From Utricularia gibba (taxonomy: Eukaryota > Plantae > Magnoliophyta), in contig NEEC01000004.1 in the NCBI GenBank assembly GCA_002189035.1, positions 5,270,001 to 5,334,000 on the forward strand: a stretch of 64,000 nucleotides of DNA, in the 5' to 3' direction. Within the stretch, counting starts at the first letter, position 1. Every line of letters starts with the position of its first letter. The translations under genes were made by a program, and so were the position numbers. This document shows, one piece after another, positions 11,339 through 22,085 of this stretch. The notes beneath the pieces are model-generated. The model did no database searches and had not been told where the DNA came from. It saw only the letters and a list, made by a program, of their open reading frames with translations.

Positions 11339-13948
11339 ATGGCTGTCTCCACCAGGATTTTTCTAAAATTTCACGCTATTTCGGAACTGGATTCTCCACG
11401 GCCTCGTAGTTTCGTTTCTAAGACTGATCAATTCTCCATCAAAGGAAGCCAACGAAATTCTCTACTGAGCTTCGGTTCCTCCTTTACTTCTGACCCCAAC
11501 CAGTATTTGTCTCAGCTATGCATTCAGAGCGAGCTTAAGGAGGCAGTCACATTCCTAAGTACTGTGGGTAAAGAGATTTGGACGGATATAGAGGAAGAAA
11601 CCTTTGTTTCATTGGTAAGATTGTGCGAGTTCAAGAGAGCGTATGATGAAGGGTCATTTATTTATAGTCTGGTGTCGGATTTTGTTGGCAATCTTAGTTT
11701 ACGCCTAGGGAATTCACTCCTTAGCATGTTCGTGAGGTTGGGGAATCTGACAGATGCATGGTATGTGTTTGGGAAAATGAATGAAAGAGATTTGTTTTCT
11801 TGGAATGTTTTGATCGGGGGATACGCCAAGCATGGATTTTTCGAGGACTCAATTGATTTGTATGGAAGAATGTTGTGGCTTGGCAGTGTCAATGTTAGGC
11901 CAGATGTATATACTTTTCCTTGTATATTGAGAGCTTGTGGTGGTTTGGGAAACTGGAGTTGGGGTAGAGAGATTCACGCTCATCTCCTAAGGTACGGGTA
12001 TGAGGATGAAGTTGATGTTATAAATGCATTGATCACTATGTATGTCAAGTGTGGAGACCTGCGGAGTGGGAGGATTGCATTTGATGGATTGAGGATGAGG
12101 GATAGAATCTCGTGGAATGCAATGATTTCAGGGTGTTTTGAGAACGGAGAGTACATTGATGGGTTGAAGTTGTTCTTTTCCATGAGGGAGTGTGGTTTTT
12201 ATCCAGATTTGATGACCATGACTAGTGTAATTTCAGCTTGTGAGGTATTGGGTGATGAGAATTTCGGAAGAGCAGTTCATGGATATGCTGCAAAAACGGA
12301 ATATGGCTTAGCTGACGCAATGTGCAACTCGTTGATTCAGATGTATTCCAGGTTTGGGAGGTGGGCTGAAGCAGAAGATGCCTTTGCTAGAATTGAGTTT
12401 AAAGATGTGGTGTCATGGACATCAATGATCTCAGCTTATAGCAATAATGGACAAGCTGATAAAGCTGTCGAAACTTACCTGATGATGGAGGCAGAAGGCA
12501 TTGAACCAGATGAGATCACCATTGCCTCCGTTCTATCAGTGTGCTCTTCGCTTGGTTTGTTAGATATTGGCACGAGGCTGCATGACATTGCCAAAAGAAC
12601 TGGAATGGTACGGCATATTTTGGTTGCTAATGCTCTCATTGACTTCTACTCCAAGTGTAAGTGCATTTTGGAGGCCTTGAAAGTGTTTAATCAGATCCCC
12701 GAAAAGAACATATTTTCGTGGTCATCGATTATTCTAGGCCTCCATATAAATGACCGAAGCTTCGATGCATTGATGTGCTTCTGCCAAATGAAAACCACCA
12801 TGAACCCAAATGCTGTTACCTTGATCTCTGTGCTCTCTGCCTGTGGTAAGATCGGTTCACTGATGTGTGGAAAGGAAATCCAAGCCTATGCATTAAGAAA
12901 TGGATTAGCATTTGATGGTTTTCTTCCAAACTCAATTCTTAACATGTATATGAGATGTGGGAAGCTGAGGCTTGCCAAGAATCAGTTCAAGACAATGAAA
13001 CAAGACACTGCTTCATGGAACATTTTCCTAACTGGTCATGCCCAAAAGGCTCGAGGTAAACATGTGATCAAGCTATTTCACAGAATGGTAAAATCTGGTG
13101 TGCAGCCTAATGAGATCACATTTGTAGCTCTATTATGTGCTTGTAGTAGATCCAGGATGGTGTCAGAAGGTCTGGAGTATTTCCACATAATGCAATCAAA
13201 ATATCATGTTTCTCCAAATGTGAAGCATTATGCTTGTCTCGTGGATCTAATGGGACGAGCTGGGAGGCTGGAAGATGCCCATGAAGTCATACAGAACATG
13301 CCAATGAAACCAGATGCAGCTGTCTGGGGAGCCTTATTGAATGCTTGCCGGATCCACAAACGAGTCGACCTCGGGGAGGTTGCTGCCAGGAATATATTTG
13401 GGATGGATAACAGGAGCGTGGGGTATTACATACTGCTATGCAATATTTACTGCGAGTCTGGGAAATGGGATGAAGTCTCCAAGTTGAGGAAGATGATGAG
13501 AGACATGGGGCTAACCATTGATCCCGGTTGTAGCTGGATCGAAGTGAAAGGAAAAACTCACGCATTCCTCAGTGGTGACAACTTCCACCCACAGATAAGA
13601 GAAATAACCTCCTTACTGGAAGGATTATACGACAAGATGAATGCCAACGAACGGGACTCTCCCACTGATGAACTCAAGGCTAAAGCTGATGTCTTCTGTG
13701 GGCACAGTGAGAGGTTGGCAGTTGCATTCGGCCTGATGAGCATCTCACCGGGGATTCCCATCCGGGTAACAAAGAATCTCTACATGTGCAAAAGCTGCCA
13801 TGATATGATGAAATACATCTCCACGAGCTCCAGAAGAGAAATCATTGTAAGAGACACAGATAGCTTCCACCATTTCATGGACGGCAGTTGCTCTTGCGGA
13901 GATGAGGGGTATTGCAGAGATTCAACAAGATTGGATATGATTCAGTGA
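11339..13948 (+). CDS. PLS-class pentatricopeptide repeat protein with E and DYW-type domain, ECB2/VAC1 (At1g15510)-like, probably plastid-targeted RNA-editing factor
   Basis: Intronless ORF of about 870 aa with PLS repeats (LGNSLLSMFVRLGNLTDAWYVFGKM; FSWNVLIGGYAKHG), E domain (PGCSWIEVKG), HSERLAVAFG and CKSCH motifs. Confidence 0.93.
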   Translation: MAVSTRIFLKFHAISELDSPRPRSFVSKTDQFSIKGSQRNSLLSFGSSFTSDPNQYLSQLCIQSELKEAVTFLSTVGKEIWTDIEEETFVSLVRLCEFKRAYDEGSFIYSLVSDFVGNLSLRLGNSLLSMFVRLGNLTDAWYVFGKMNERDLFSWNVLIGGYAKHGFFEDSIDLYGRMLWLGSVNVRPDVYTFPCILRACGGLGNWSWGREIHAHLLRYGYEDEVDVINALITMYVKCGDLRSGRIAFDGLRMRDRISWNAMISGCFENGEYIDGLKLFFSMRECGFYPDLMTMTSVISACEVLGDENFGRAVHGYAAKTEYGLADAMCNSLIQMYSRFGRWAEAEDAFARIEFKDVVSWTSMISAYSNNGQADKAVETYLMMEAEGIEPDEITIASVLSVCSSLGLLDIGTRLHDIAKRTGMVRHILVANALIDFYSKCKCILEALKVFNQIPEKNIFSWSSIILGLHINDRSFDALMCFCQMKTTMNPNAVTLISVLSACGKIGSLMCGKEIQAYALRNGLAFDGFLPNSILNMYMRCGKLRLAKNQFKTMKQDTASWNIFLTGHAQKARGKHVIKLFHRMVKSGVQPNEITFVALLCACSRSRMVSEGLEYFHIMQSKYHVSPNVKHYACLVDLMGRAGRLEDAHEVIQNMPMKPDAAVWGALLNACRIHKRVDLGEVAARNIFGMDNRSVGYYILLCNIYCESGKWDEVSKLRKMMRDMGLTIDPGCSWIEVKGKTHAFLSGDNFHPQIREITSLLEGLYDKMNANERDSPTDELKAKADVFCGHSERLAVAFGLMSISPGIPIRVTKNLYMCKSCHDMMKYISTSSRREIIVRDTDSFHHFMDGSCSCGDEGYCRDSTRLDMIQ

Positions 13949-14025
13949 TGAACTTATAGACCGGGAGCTGCTTGGGGGTTCAATTGTATTCTTCTGTAGC
14001 GATAAAATGTACTATGATTTTGCAG

Positions 14026-16618
14026 TCAAGTTTCTTTCAGCCGAGCAGCCATCTTTCCAATGCATGTTCCAGCAATGTAACCGCCACTCCAAGCACTCTG
14101 CACCGCAAAATCCAATGAACTCAGAAGATCCAGCATTTGGATAAAACACTATGCAAATGGATCTATCTGTCTACCTGGAAATTAAAGCCTCCAGTTACAC
14201 CGTCTACATTTAACACCTGGAGAATATCATCGACACACAGATGAGACCCAAGTCCTAGTTACATCTCCTTACAAAGAGGAGAAGAAAAATAAATGAGTAC
14301 CTCCCCTGCAAAAAACAAGCGTGGTTGGATCAAGCTCTCCATGGTTTTCATTGAGACCTGCACAGGATTGGGTTTGGAGAATCACTAACTATCTCATGAG
14401 ATGGAGGAGGAGAAATGATGGTTTACCTCAGATAATGGCACACCTCCGGCAGTGACAAATTCATCCTTGAATTGGCCCTTCAGTGAAGTAGTCATTCTGG
14501 TTACTAAAAAAGAGGGAGAGAAAACTCTGGTGTGCCATTGTTAACGATCCTACCTTCCCAGTAATGCAAAAAGAAGAGCTTTTAACAAGAGAGGCAATTG
14601 ATTGTAATGCGGTGTTGGATACAGAAGACCACAGAACATCTTCCACCATTTTCTGCAAATGGAACTACAAAGGTTGAAAAAGCACACAGATTACTGAACA
14701 TCAGGAATGATCTACCTCGCGTTCAAGAATGTATCTCCAGAATCTCTTCACGATGCCAAATTCTGATGGAAAGGAATTGGCAAGCTTTTGCTTCTGCAGT
14801 TGGAAGCAAGAGATGTTGTTCTATCTATACAAAAACGTGCTCGTAAAACTGGAATTATGTGCATTTACCGCAAACTTATTCCTGTACTGAACAAGAAGTC
14901 CCTTAACATCTTCTACATGAAGATCAGGAACAAAGTCCACGAGAAGAACACCTGTGTGCATGTATTGTAACACGACATACTAAAGGCAGTGGAAGACAGA
15001 CTGAGACCTCCTCACCCTTGTAATTCATTTCTGCAAGCTCCCGAGCTCCCCAGGCTGAGAGACGAAGAATAACAGGACCACTGAATCCCCAATGGGTTAC
15101 CAACATCGGCCCAACCTTTCATTTTTTTTTTTTTTTGAGATTGAATTAGTGTTGTAGAATGCTAGACAAGCAAACATGAAGGATACCTGTGTATGCTGAG
15201 GTATAGCTTTGCAAGAACTGTCAAACTTTAGTCTGGCTTTCACCTTAGAAAATGTGACCTGGTACACAGAAAATAACAAGAAATGCTAAGGCCAAACATG
15301 GGAAATATGTATGCACATATCTTCAGGAGAGGGATAAGTACGCCAGACAACTCTTGCATCCGAGAATCATCGATCTTGAATGTAAACAAACTGGGTAGAG
15401 GTTCTATGATCGAATGACCCAGTTGCATTGCAAGCTTATAGCCCTGGCAGAGTGCAAAAGCAAGCTAACCAGCTGCGTAAAATGCGAGAAACTAGTGAAG
15501 AGATGAATCTTGACTTAGAACCTGCTTGGAACTTCCAGTAGCAATCAGCACATAGTTGGCTTCGATATAGTCAACATAACCAGCAGTTAGTTTCTCAATT
15601 TTCAGAAAGAACTTCCCACCTGCGGATGTTGACACACTGGTCACAGTTTTACGTGTCTGCAAGTCCACTGAGAGAGCACGAAGATAAGCTTAATCTACTA
15701 ATGGTTGCAGCACATTATCGACAAAGAGAGAAAGTTCAAGAGATGTCACAGAAAACGAATAGAAGATACACTTACCGCAGTTCTTCTTTGCTTCATTCAT
15801 AAGGCAATCAATAATGGTAGATGAACTGTCACTTACAGGGAACACTCTTCCATCAACCTCAGTCTAAGCAGCAAGCCACAAGTTAGGAACAATTACTTCT
15901 CTGGTGTTCCAAAAACGGACAAAGGTTGAATTTGGCTACCTTCAGTTCCACTCCACGGTCTGAAAACCATGCCATAGTATCGGTAGGGCCGTGCACCTTG
16001 AAGAATGAACCTCGCAGTTCCTTGTTCCCTCTTGGATAGTTACCGGCCAGAGCCTAGTTGAGATCACAGATGCAAAACAGCTTCTAATTCCAAAACGGTG
16101 ACCGACCGAAGATAACATTCTTTACATTTAGAATCTATTCATTGAAGAGCTAACATACTTACCGAACTATCAACACAGTGACCGTTTGTCACATTGCATC
16201 GGCCACCTCCAGAAATCTGAACCTACAGATACATTCAAAGGATCCATGAGAACAGAGTGTCAGTAACATAACATATACCCATAGCAGCATCACGTTTACA
16301 AACCTTGGATAAGGGCTTTCCCTTCTCAATAACAACGACGTGAAGATGTGGGGCAAGAGTTTTAGCTTGGATTGCTCCAAATACCCCGGAAGCTCCGCCA
16401 CCTACGACGACTAGAGTTTCTTCAGTGTACTGCAAGCAAAAAAAAAAGTATAAATTTAGCGTCAAAATACAACTGGGATTCCGGATTGTTAATTAGAAAT
16501 ACAGGAGCTCCATTACCCTGCTCGATATGGCACCGTAATATCTCAAGTATTTCCTTCGGCAACGCGTGAATATTCTGGGAAAAAGTTCAGACTGTAGATG
16601 CAATGGTGCGAAATACAT
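14026..16618 (-). CDS. HI0933/BaiN-like NAD(P)/FAD-dependent flavoprotein (At5g39940-like)
   Basis: Exons encode [82 protein letters not shown] and [10 protein letters not shown] transit-peptide-like first exon starts at ATG 16618; stop at 14026-14028. Confidence 0.92.
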
Positions 16619-17901
16619 TTCCTGTATCAGAATCAGATTTCTCCTTCTGCTCTACAAATTTGAAAAAGGAAACCATCAACAGAGGTGCAAACGACAGAGA
16701 TGGAATCAATTTGTAAAGACTGATATTTTCAGTCTAGAAAGAAGCGAAATAGCACAGCTAATTTGCTGTTCAACAGATAAACCAACTTTCTTGGTTAGGA
16801 ACCACAAATTTGGCGTATTCCATAAACCCGGTTCTCCAAACATGACAAGTAAGAAGAAAATGCTGATACTTGCTGTTAGATGTTGAGACAATAAGATTTT
16901 CCAGGTACCTTTTTTGCATTGTAGTTCAGCAAACATTACAGAAGAATTGTGGGCACCTCCAAGATCCTATCTTTTCTCCATTTTTAGTCCTCTAACTCCA
17001 AATCCCATACCAAAACAGAGCATCCTTTTGTCAGGCCTTCAACCTAAATCTTCCACATTACATCTCAAATAAGCCACACATGGAGTCAGAAAACTGAATC
17101 CTTGCAAAATTTTCAGCTTATATCCCAAAAAAAAATTAATTTCAAAATTAGGGAGTGTTTTGTTTTTACTCAATGATTTAATTCACGAAGAACATAATTA
17201 ATTTTCATATTGTAAAACTGTTTTACGAAATAATATAAAATTATATTCTAAAATTTAGTATATTAAAGTATTATAAATATTTTAAGAATATATACAAAAT
17301 AAATAACGTAATTTTTGTATTTAATTTTTTATTTAACCATTAAAATAAATAGTTAATAAATTCAATTAATTTTTTAAGTTAATTTCAAAATCTAAAAAAA
17401 ATTCAGTCTATTATATATATAATAAAATTAAAATTTACAAAAATTAAACAAAATCAATTCAAAACTTTTTATTCACGCAACAACCTCAAGGTCAACAAAA
17501 AATAGTCAATGCTTTGGTGCTGCCCCCGCGGCAAAACCCGGCCAACAGCGTGTGGATTTATAAAAGAAAAAAAAAAGATACCATTACCAACTAATCTTCC
17601 AAGTCAAGGACAACTAATATTATAGAAATGGATAAGTGTTTGATTAAAATAATGTTTTTATTGTCTAATTTGGAATATTCGCCCATGGAAATAGTGATAT
17701 TGACATTTGACCCCAAACGCCCTTACCAGGCAAAAGGCTAAGGACTTTGAGGATTTGAAGAGTCGTTACGTATATAAATTATGTTTTAGCACATGGGACA
17801 AGGAAGGAGAAGGACAAAACCTGTACCAGAGACGCCCGCCCGCCCTTCAATCAGTTCTGATCTCCGACCGTCGTCGTCACCGCCGCCGAAGAGCATATGA
17901 C

Positions 17902-20029
17902 ATGGATGGATTTGTACGGTATCTAACCGCCGCCGCGGTTTTGCTCTTGTGTTTATTGCTGACGGTTGCAGAGGGTACCAGGGTGGAGACTTTTACCGGA
18001 GTATACGGGCCGTTCAACGAATCATATTACCGTATTTTTGAGGTTGAAAGTTCGGCAACTATAAGCAACGGTGCTCTTCAGGTGACTCTGGATTCAGCTT
18101 CTCGGGATTTCAATGCTGTCAATGCTTTCAACAATTCCGGCCGTGTGCTGCTCCGTCGGAGATTCAGGCTCTGGGAGGGCGGAAGAAATCCCCGAGTCGC
18201 CTCTTTCAATACTTCGTTTCTAGTGAATTTCTACCGGCCGTGGAACGAAACTCCAGGCGAAGGGCTTGCGTTTGTGATCGTACCTGATTTACAAATTCCG
18301 TGGAACAGCTCGGGTGCGTATCTGGGCTTGACGAATGCATCCACCGACGGGAATGCTACCAACCGTTTCGTCGCCGTGGAACTCGACACTTTCAGGCAAG
18401 ATTTCGATCCCGACGACAATCACGTCGGAATTGACATCAACGGCGTCAGATCTATAGCAACGGCTTCTTTATCTCCTTACAACATCACTCTTGCTCCCCT
18501 GGGAGAGAGATTTCGAAACGTATGGGTGGATTACGACGGTGCTCGCCATTTCCTTGAGGTCTACATAGCCCAGCAACCAAATCCAAGTTCTCCGATTGTA
18601 TCAAAACCAGATGCCCCTGTACTCACGGCGACTCTGAACCTATCGGATTACATCAATCAGGATTCGTACTTTGGATTCTCCGCCTCCACTGGGAACACCA
18701 TGCAGCTTAACTGTGTCCTTCGCTGGAACCTAACCGTCACTCACTTTGTGGATGAAGAAACTCGACTTCTTGCAATTGTACTCGGAGTGGCCCTCCCGTT
18801 GCTGGCTCTGTTGTTGGTTACCGCCGCCGTGATCGGATGTCTCCGGCACAGGAAACGAAAGCGGGGTCGTGAACAGGGGCTGTTCGAAGAATTGAAGTCC
18901 TTACCAGGAATGCCTCGGGAGTTCGAATTCAAGGATCTGAACAAGGCTACCGATGGGTTTGCTGAGAAGAACAAACTCGGTCATGGCGGCTATGGGGTTG
19001 TTTATAAAGGATTGCTGGAGATCGAGAACGTTGAGATAGCCGTGAAACTGTTCTCCAGGGAGAGCATCGAGGGTCGAGATGATTTCTTGGCTGAACTCAA
19101 AATCATCCATCTTCTCCGCCATAAAAACCTGGTCAAGTTACTTGGTAAGTTAGTTCTTTCTTTTTTCAGCTCCTGCTTGGCGCAACTTAGTTCAAGATAC
19201 TTACTTTGGCCGTCCAACAGGGTGGTGCCACCAGAACAACAAGCTTATACTCGTGTACGAGTATATGCCGAACGGAAGTCTGGACAAGCATCTATTCGCC
19301 GGAGCCAGTGGCAGCCTGCTCGACTGGGGTCTCCGGTACCAGATCATCACCGGCGTGGCAGCCGCCTTGCATTACCTCCACGAAGAATACGACCAGCGAG
19401 TGGTGCACCGTGATCTAAAGGCCAGCAACATCCTGCTCGACTCAAAGTTCAATGCCCGCCTCGGAGACTTCGGGCTCGCTCGAGCACTGGAAAATGAGCA
19501 AACATCATATGCGGAGAGGGGCGACAAAGTCCCCGGAACCATCGGCTACATAGCGCCGGAATGCTTCCACACAGGGAAAGCCACCCAACAGTCAGATGTA
19601 TATGCTTTTGGGGTGGTTGTTTTGGAGGTTGTCTGCGGCCAAAGGCCTGGAACAAAGATCGGAGGCTTCGCCTTCCTGGTTGATTGGGTCTGGTGCATGC
19701 ACAGGGATGGAAGATTGGTGCAAGCAGTTGATGGGAGACTGGAGAACAACTACGTCGCTGAAGAAGCAGAAAAGATGCTTCTCTTGGGGTTGGCTTGCTG
19801 CCATCCTGATGCCAGCGCGAGGCCCAAGACCAAAGAGATAGTTCAGATCATCTCAGGGGTGGCACCAACGCCATATGTGCCGCATTTCCGGCCGGCGTTT
19901 GTCTGGCCATCTGCTAGGCAATCGGAGTCCAGCTCCTCTTGTACGGTGTCGATGTCATCGTCTGTTCCGGGATCGACGCCGATGGAGATGCTTAGCAGGG
20001 AGAGTTACACCAGATATGGTGACTTATAG
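17902..20029 (+). CDS. L-type lectin receptor-like kinase (LecRK-S.5-like)
   Basis: Signal peptide, legume lectin domain (FVAVELDT, NHVGIDING), TM helix and kinase motifs (GHGGYGVVYKG, HRDLKASN, DFGLAR, GTIGYIAPE). One intron at about 19147-19221. Confidence 0.95.
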
Positions 20030-20227
20030 CTTCCATTCTCGTTGCATGATTCCTCTTGTGTATATGCTGCTTTGTCAAGGATTGTTCTGGTACAAGCCCT
20101 TTGTGGTAAAGAAGGACGCCATCACCACAGGGAACCGTAAAAGACAGGGTGACTTGTAGCACATAATCAAGGTAGTTTATTTTCAGAGAAGTTCTACATG
20201 GATGCAGCGCAGATTCAATTCGAATAG

Positions 20228-21883
20228 CTAGAGTTTACTTCCGGGGGATGATCCAAGCTCCTTGGCCATCTGCCGGAGAACAAATTTCTGTATTTTTCCG
20301 GTGGCCGTCTTCGGCAGCTCTTCAATAAAAACCACGTTTTTGGGTACCATGAACCGCGGCAATTTTCTCCGGCAGTAATCGATAACCTCTTTCTCCGATG
20401 GCAACTCCGGTATTCCCTGTTTCAGGCTCACGAAGGCACAAGGGGTCTCTCCCCAGAATTCATCTGGCTTCGCTACCACCGCCGCCTCGTTCACCGCGGG
20501 GTGCGTGAACAAAACCGATTCTACCTCAACGCTGCTTATATTCTCGCCGCCGCTGATTATTATGTCCTTTGATCTGTCTTTGATTTCAAGGTACCCATCG
20601 GAATGCATTACACCCACGTCGCCGGTGTAAAACCATCCATTTTTCATACAATTTGCAGTTCCTTGTGGGTCTTTGAGGTATCCCAGAAACACACAGCCGC
20701 CTCTCAGCACGACTTCACCCATTGACACGCCGTTACGAGGAACCGGTTTCCCAGTTTCCGGGGAGATCACATCGATCTCAGCCAGTCCAGGGGTCCTAAC
20801 GCCTTGTCTGGATTTAAGCCTAGCCCTCTCCGCCGCCGGAAACTTGTTCCACTTCTGTTTCCACGAGCAACAAGCTACCAATCCCCCAGTCTCCGTTAGG
20901 CCATATCCATGGCTCACGATGAAACCCAATGCCTCTGTTCGGAACAAAACCGCCGCAGGCGGCGGCGCCCCTGCTGTCAAAACGTGCACTGGCGATTCCA
21001 GAGGCTTCCCCTCCGGAACAGTACACAACATGTTGAGCACCACAGGAGCACCACACATGTGAGTGACGTTGTATTTTCGTATGGCGCCGTAGATTGTGGC
21101 GGCGTCGAACTTCCGGAGACAGATATTGGTTCCTCCGACCACCGCCATTCCCCAAGTGTAGCTCCACCCATTGGCGTGGAACATCGGCAGAGTCCATAGA
21201 TAAACAGGCTCCTTAGGCACCGACCATTCAATCAATGAATCCATGGTGATGATGAAAATTCCACGATGACTGTGGACCACTCCCTTTGGGGAAGAAGTTG
21301 TGCCGGAGGTATAATTGAGGACCATCGGATCATGTTCATTCACAGGCGGTACCCAAATGAAACCAGAATCGCCGTTAGCTACCATTTCCTCGTAATTTCC
21401 CCAAAATTCGCCCTTGGATCTAGGGTGAATACCTAATACCTCTTCGTCTCCGATGAACACTAGCAAAGGACGTACGCAATCAGCCGGAAACTGAGACAGC
21501 GCATCCAGCACGACCGTCTCCGATTGGCAATCGACGAAAACAAGCTTCGATCCGGCGTGGCAGAGAATAACGCCTAGGGTTCGAGAATCGAGACGCAGAT
21601 TGATGGTGTTAAGGACTGCTCCGGCCATGGGAACGGCGAAATGAAGCTCGTACATGGCCGGGATGTTTGGGGCTACGACGGAGACGACGTCGCCTTTTCC
21701 GATCCCGAGCGAGGAAATCGCCGACGCCACTTTCAAGCAGCGGCGGTAGGTCTCCGCCCATGTGAAAGCAGTGCGCCCGTAGACAACTGATGCGGTGTCA
21801 GGGTACACGACGGCGGCCCTCTCCAAGAAACCGACCGGCGTCAGGGGAGCCGAGTTGGGCTGACTTGGCTTCAGCCTATCCAT
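20228..21883 (-). CDS. Acyl-activating enzyme (AAE clade I, AMP-binding CoA ligase), peroxisomal
   Basis: Intronless. MDRLKPSQPNSAPLTPVGFLERAA, YTSGTTSSPKG, SHGYGLTE, YTGDVG and KDRSKDIIISGGENISS; ends SKL (PTS1). Confidence 0.95.
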   Translation of the reverse strand: MDRLKPSQPNSAPLTPVGFLERAAVVYPDTASVVYGRTAFTWAETYRRCLKVASAISSLGIGKGDVVSVVAPNIPAMYELHFAVPMAGAVLNTINLRLDSRTLGVILCHAGSKLVFVDCQSETVVLDALSQFPADCVRPLLVFIGDEEVLGIHPRSKGEFWGNYEEMVANGDSGFIWVPPVNEHDPMVLNYTSGTTSSPKGVVHSHRGIFIITMDSLIEWSVPKEPVYLWTLPMFHANGWSYTWGMAVVGGTNICLRKFDAATIYGAIRKYNVTHMCGAPVVLNMLCTVPEGKPLESPVHVLTAGAPPPAAVLFRTEALGFIVSHGYGLTETGGLVACCSWKQKWNKFPAAERARLKSRQGVRTPGLAEIDVISPETGKPVPRNGVSMGEVVLRGGCVFLGYLKDPQGTANCMKNGWFYTGDVGVMHSDGYLEIKDRSKDIIISGGENISSVEVESVLFTHPAVNEAAVVAKPDEFWGETPCAFVSLKQGIPELPSEKEVIDYCRRKLPRFMVPKNVVFIEELPKTATGKIQKFVLRQMAKELGSSPGSKL

Positions 21884-21967
21884 TCCCTCAAATCTACAAG
21901 TGTAAAAATGATGGTACTGCAATGTGCTATAACACCAAGAGGGCTGCTGCTGATTATACAGAATAAA

Positions 21968-22069
21968 ATATAACAAGATGGCTCCTTGGAAGCCTTGAGG
22001 TGTGAACACACAGCTGAATGATTATTACACAGGAAAGGGATATAACAAGACAGCTCCTTGGAAGCCTTG
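21968..22069. repeat. Two copies of a 30-bp direct repeat (28/30 identical)
   Basis: ATATAACAAGA(TG/CA)GCTCCTTGGAAGCCTTG at 21968-21997 and 22040-22069. Confidence 0.9.
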
Positions 22070-22085
22070 TAGTGTATGTCTGCAT

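Noticed and set aside
21884-22009. N-terminal extension of the AAE ORF in the ORF track
   Set aside because: Starts at GTG; AAE homology begins at MDRLKP.
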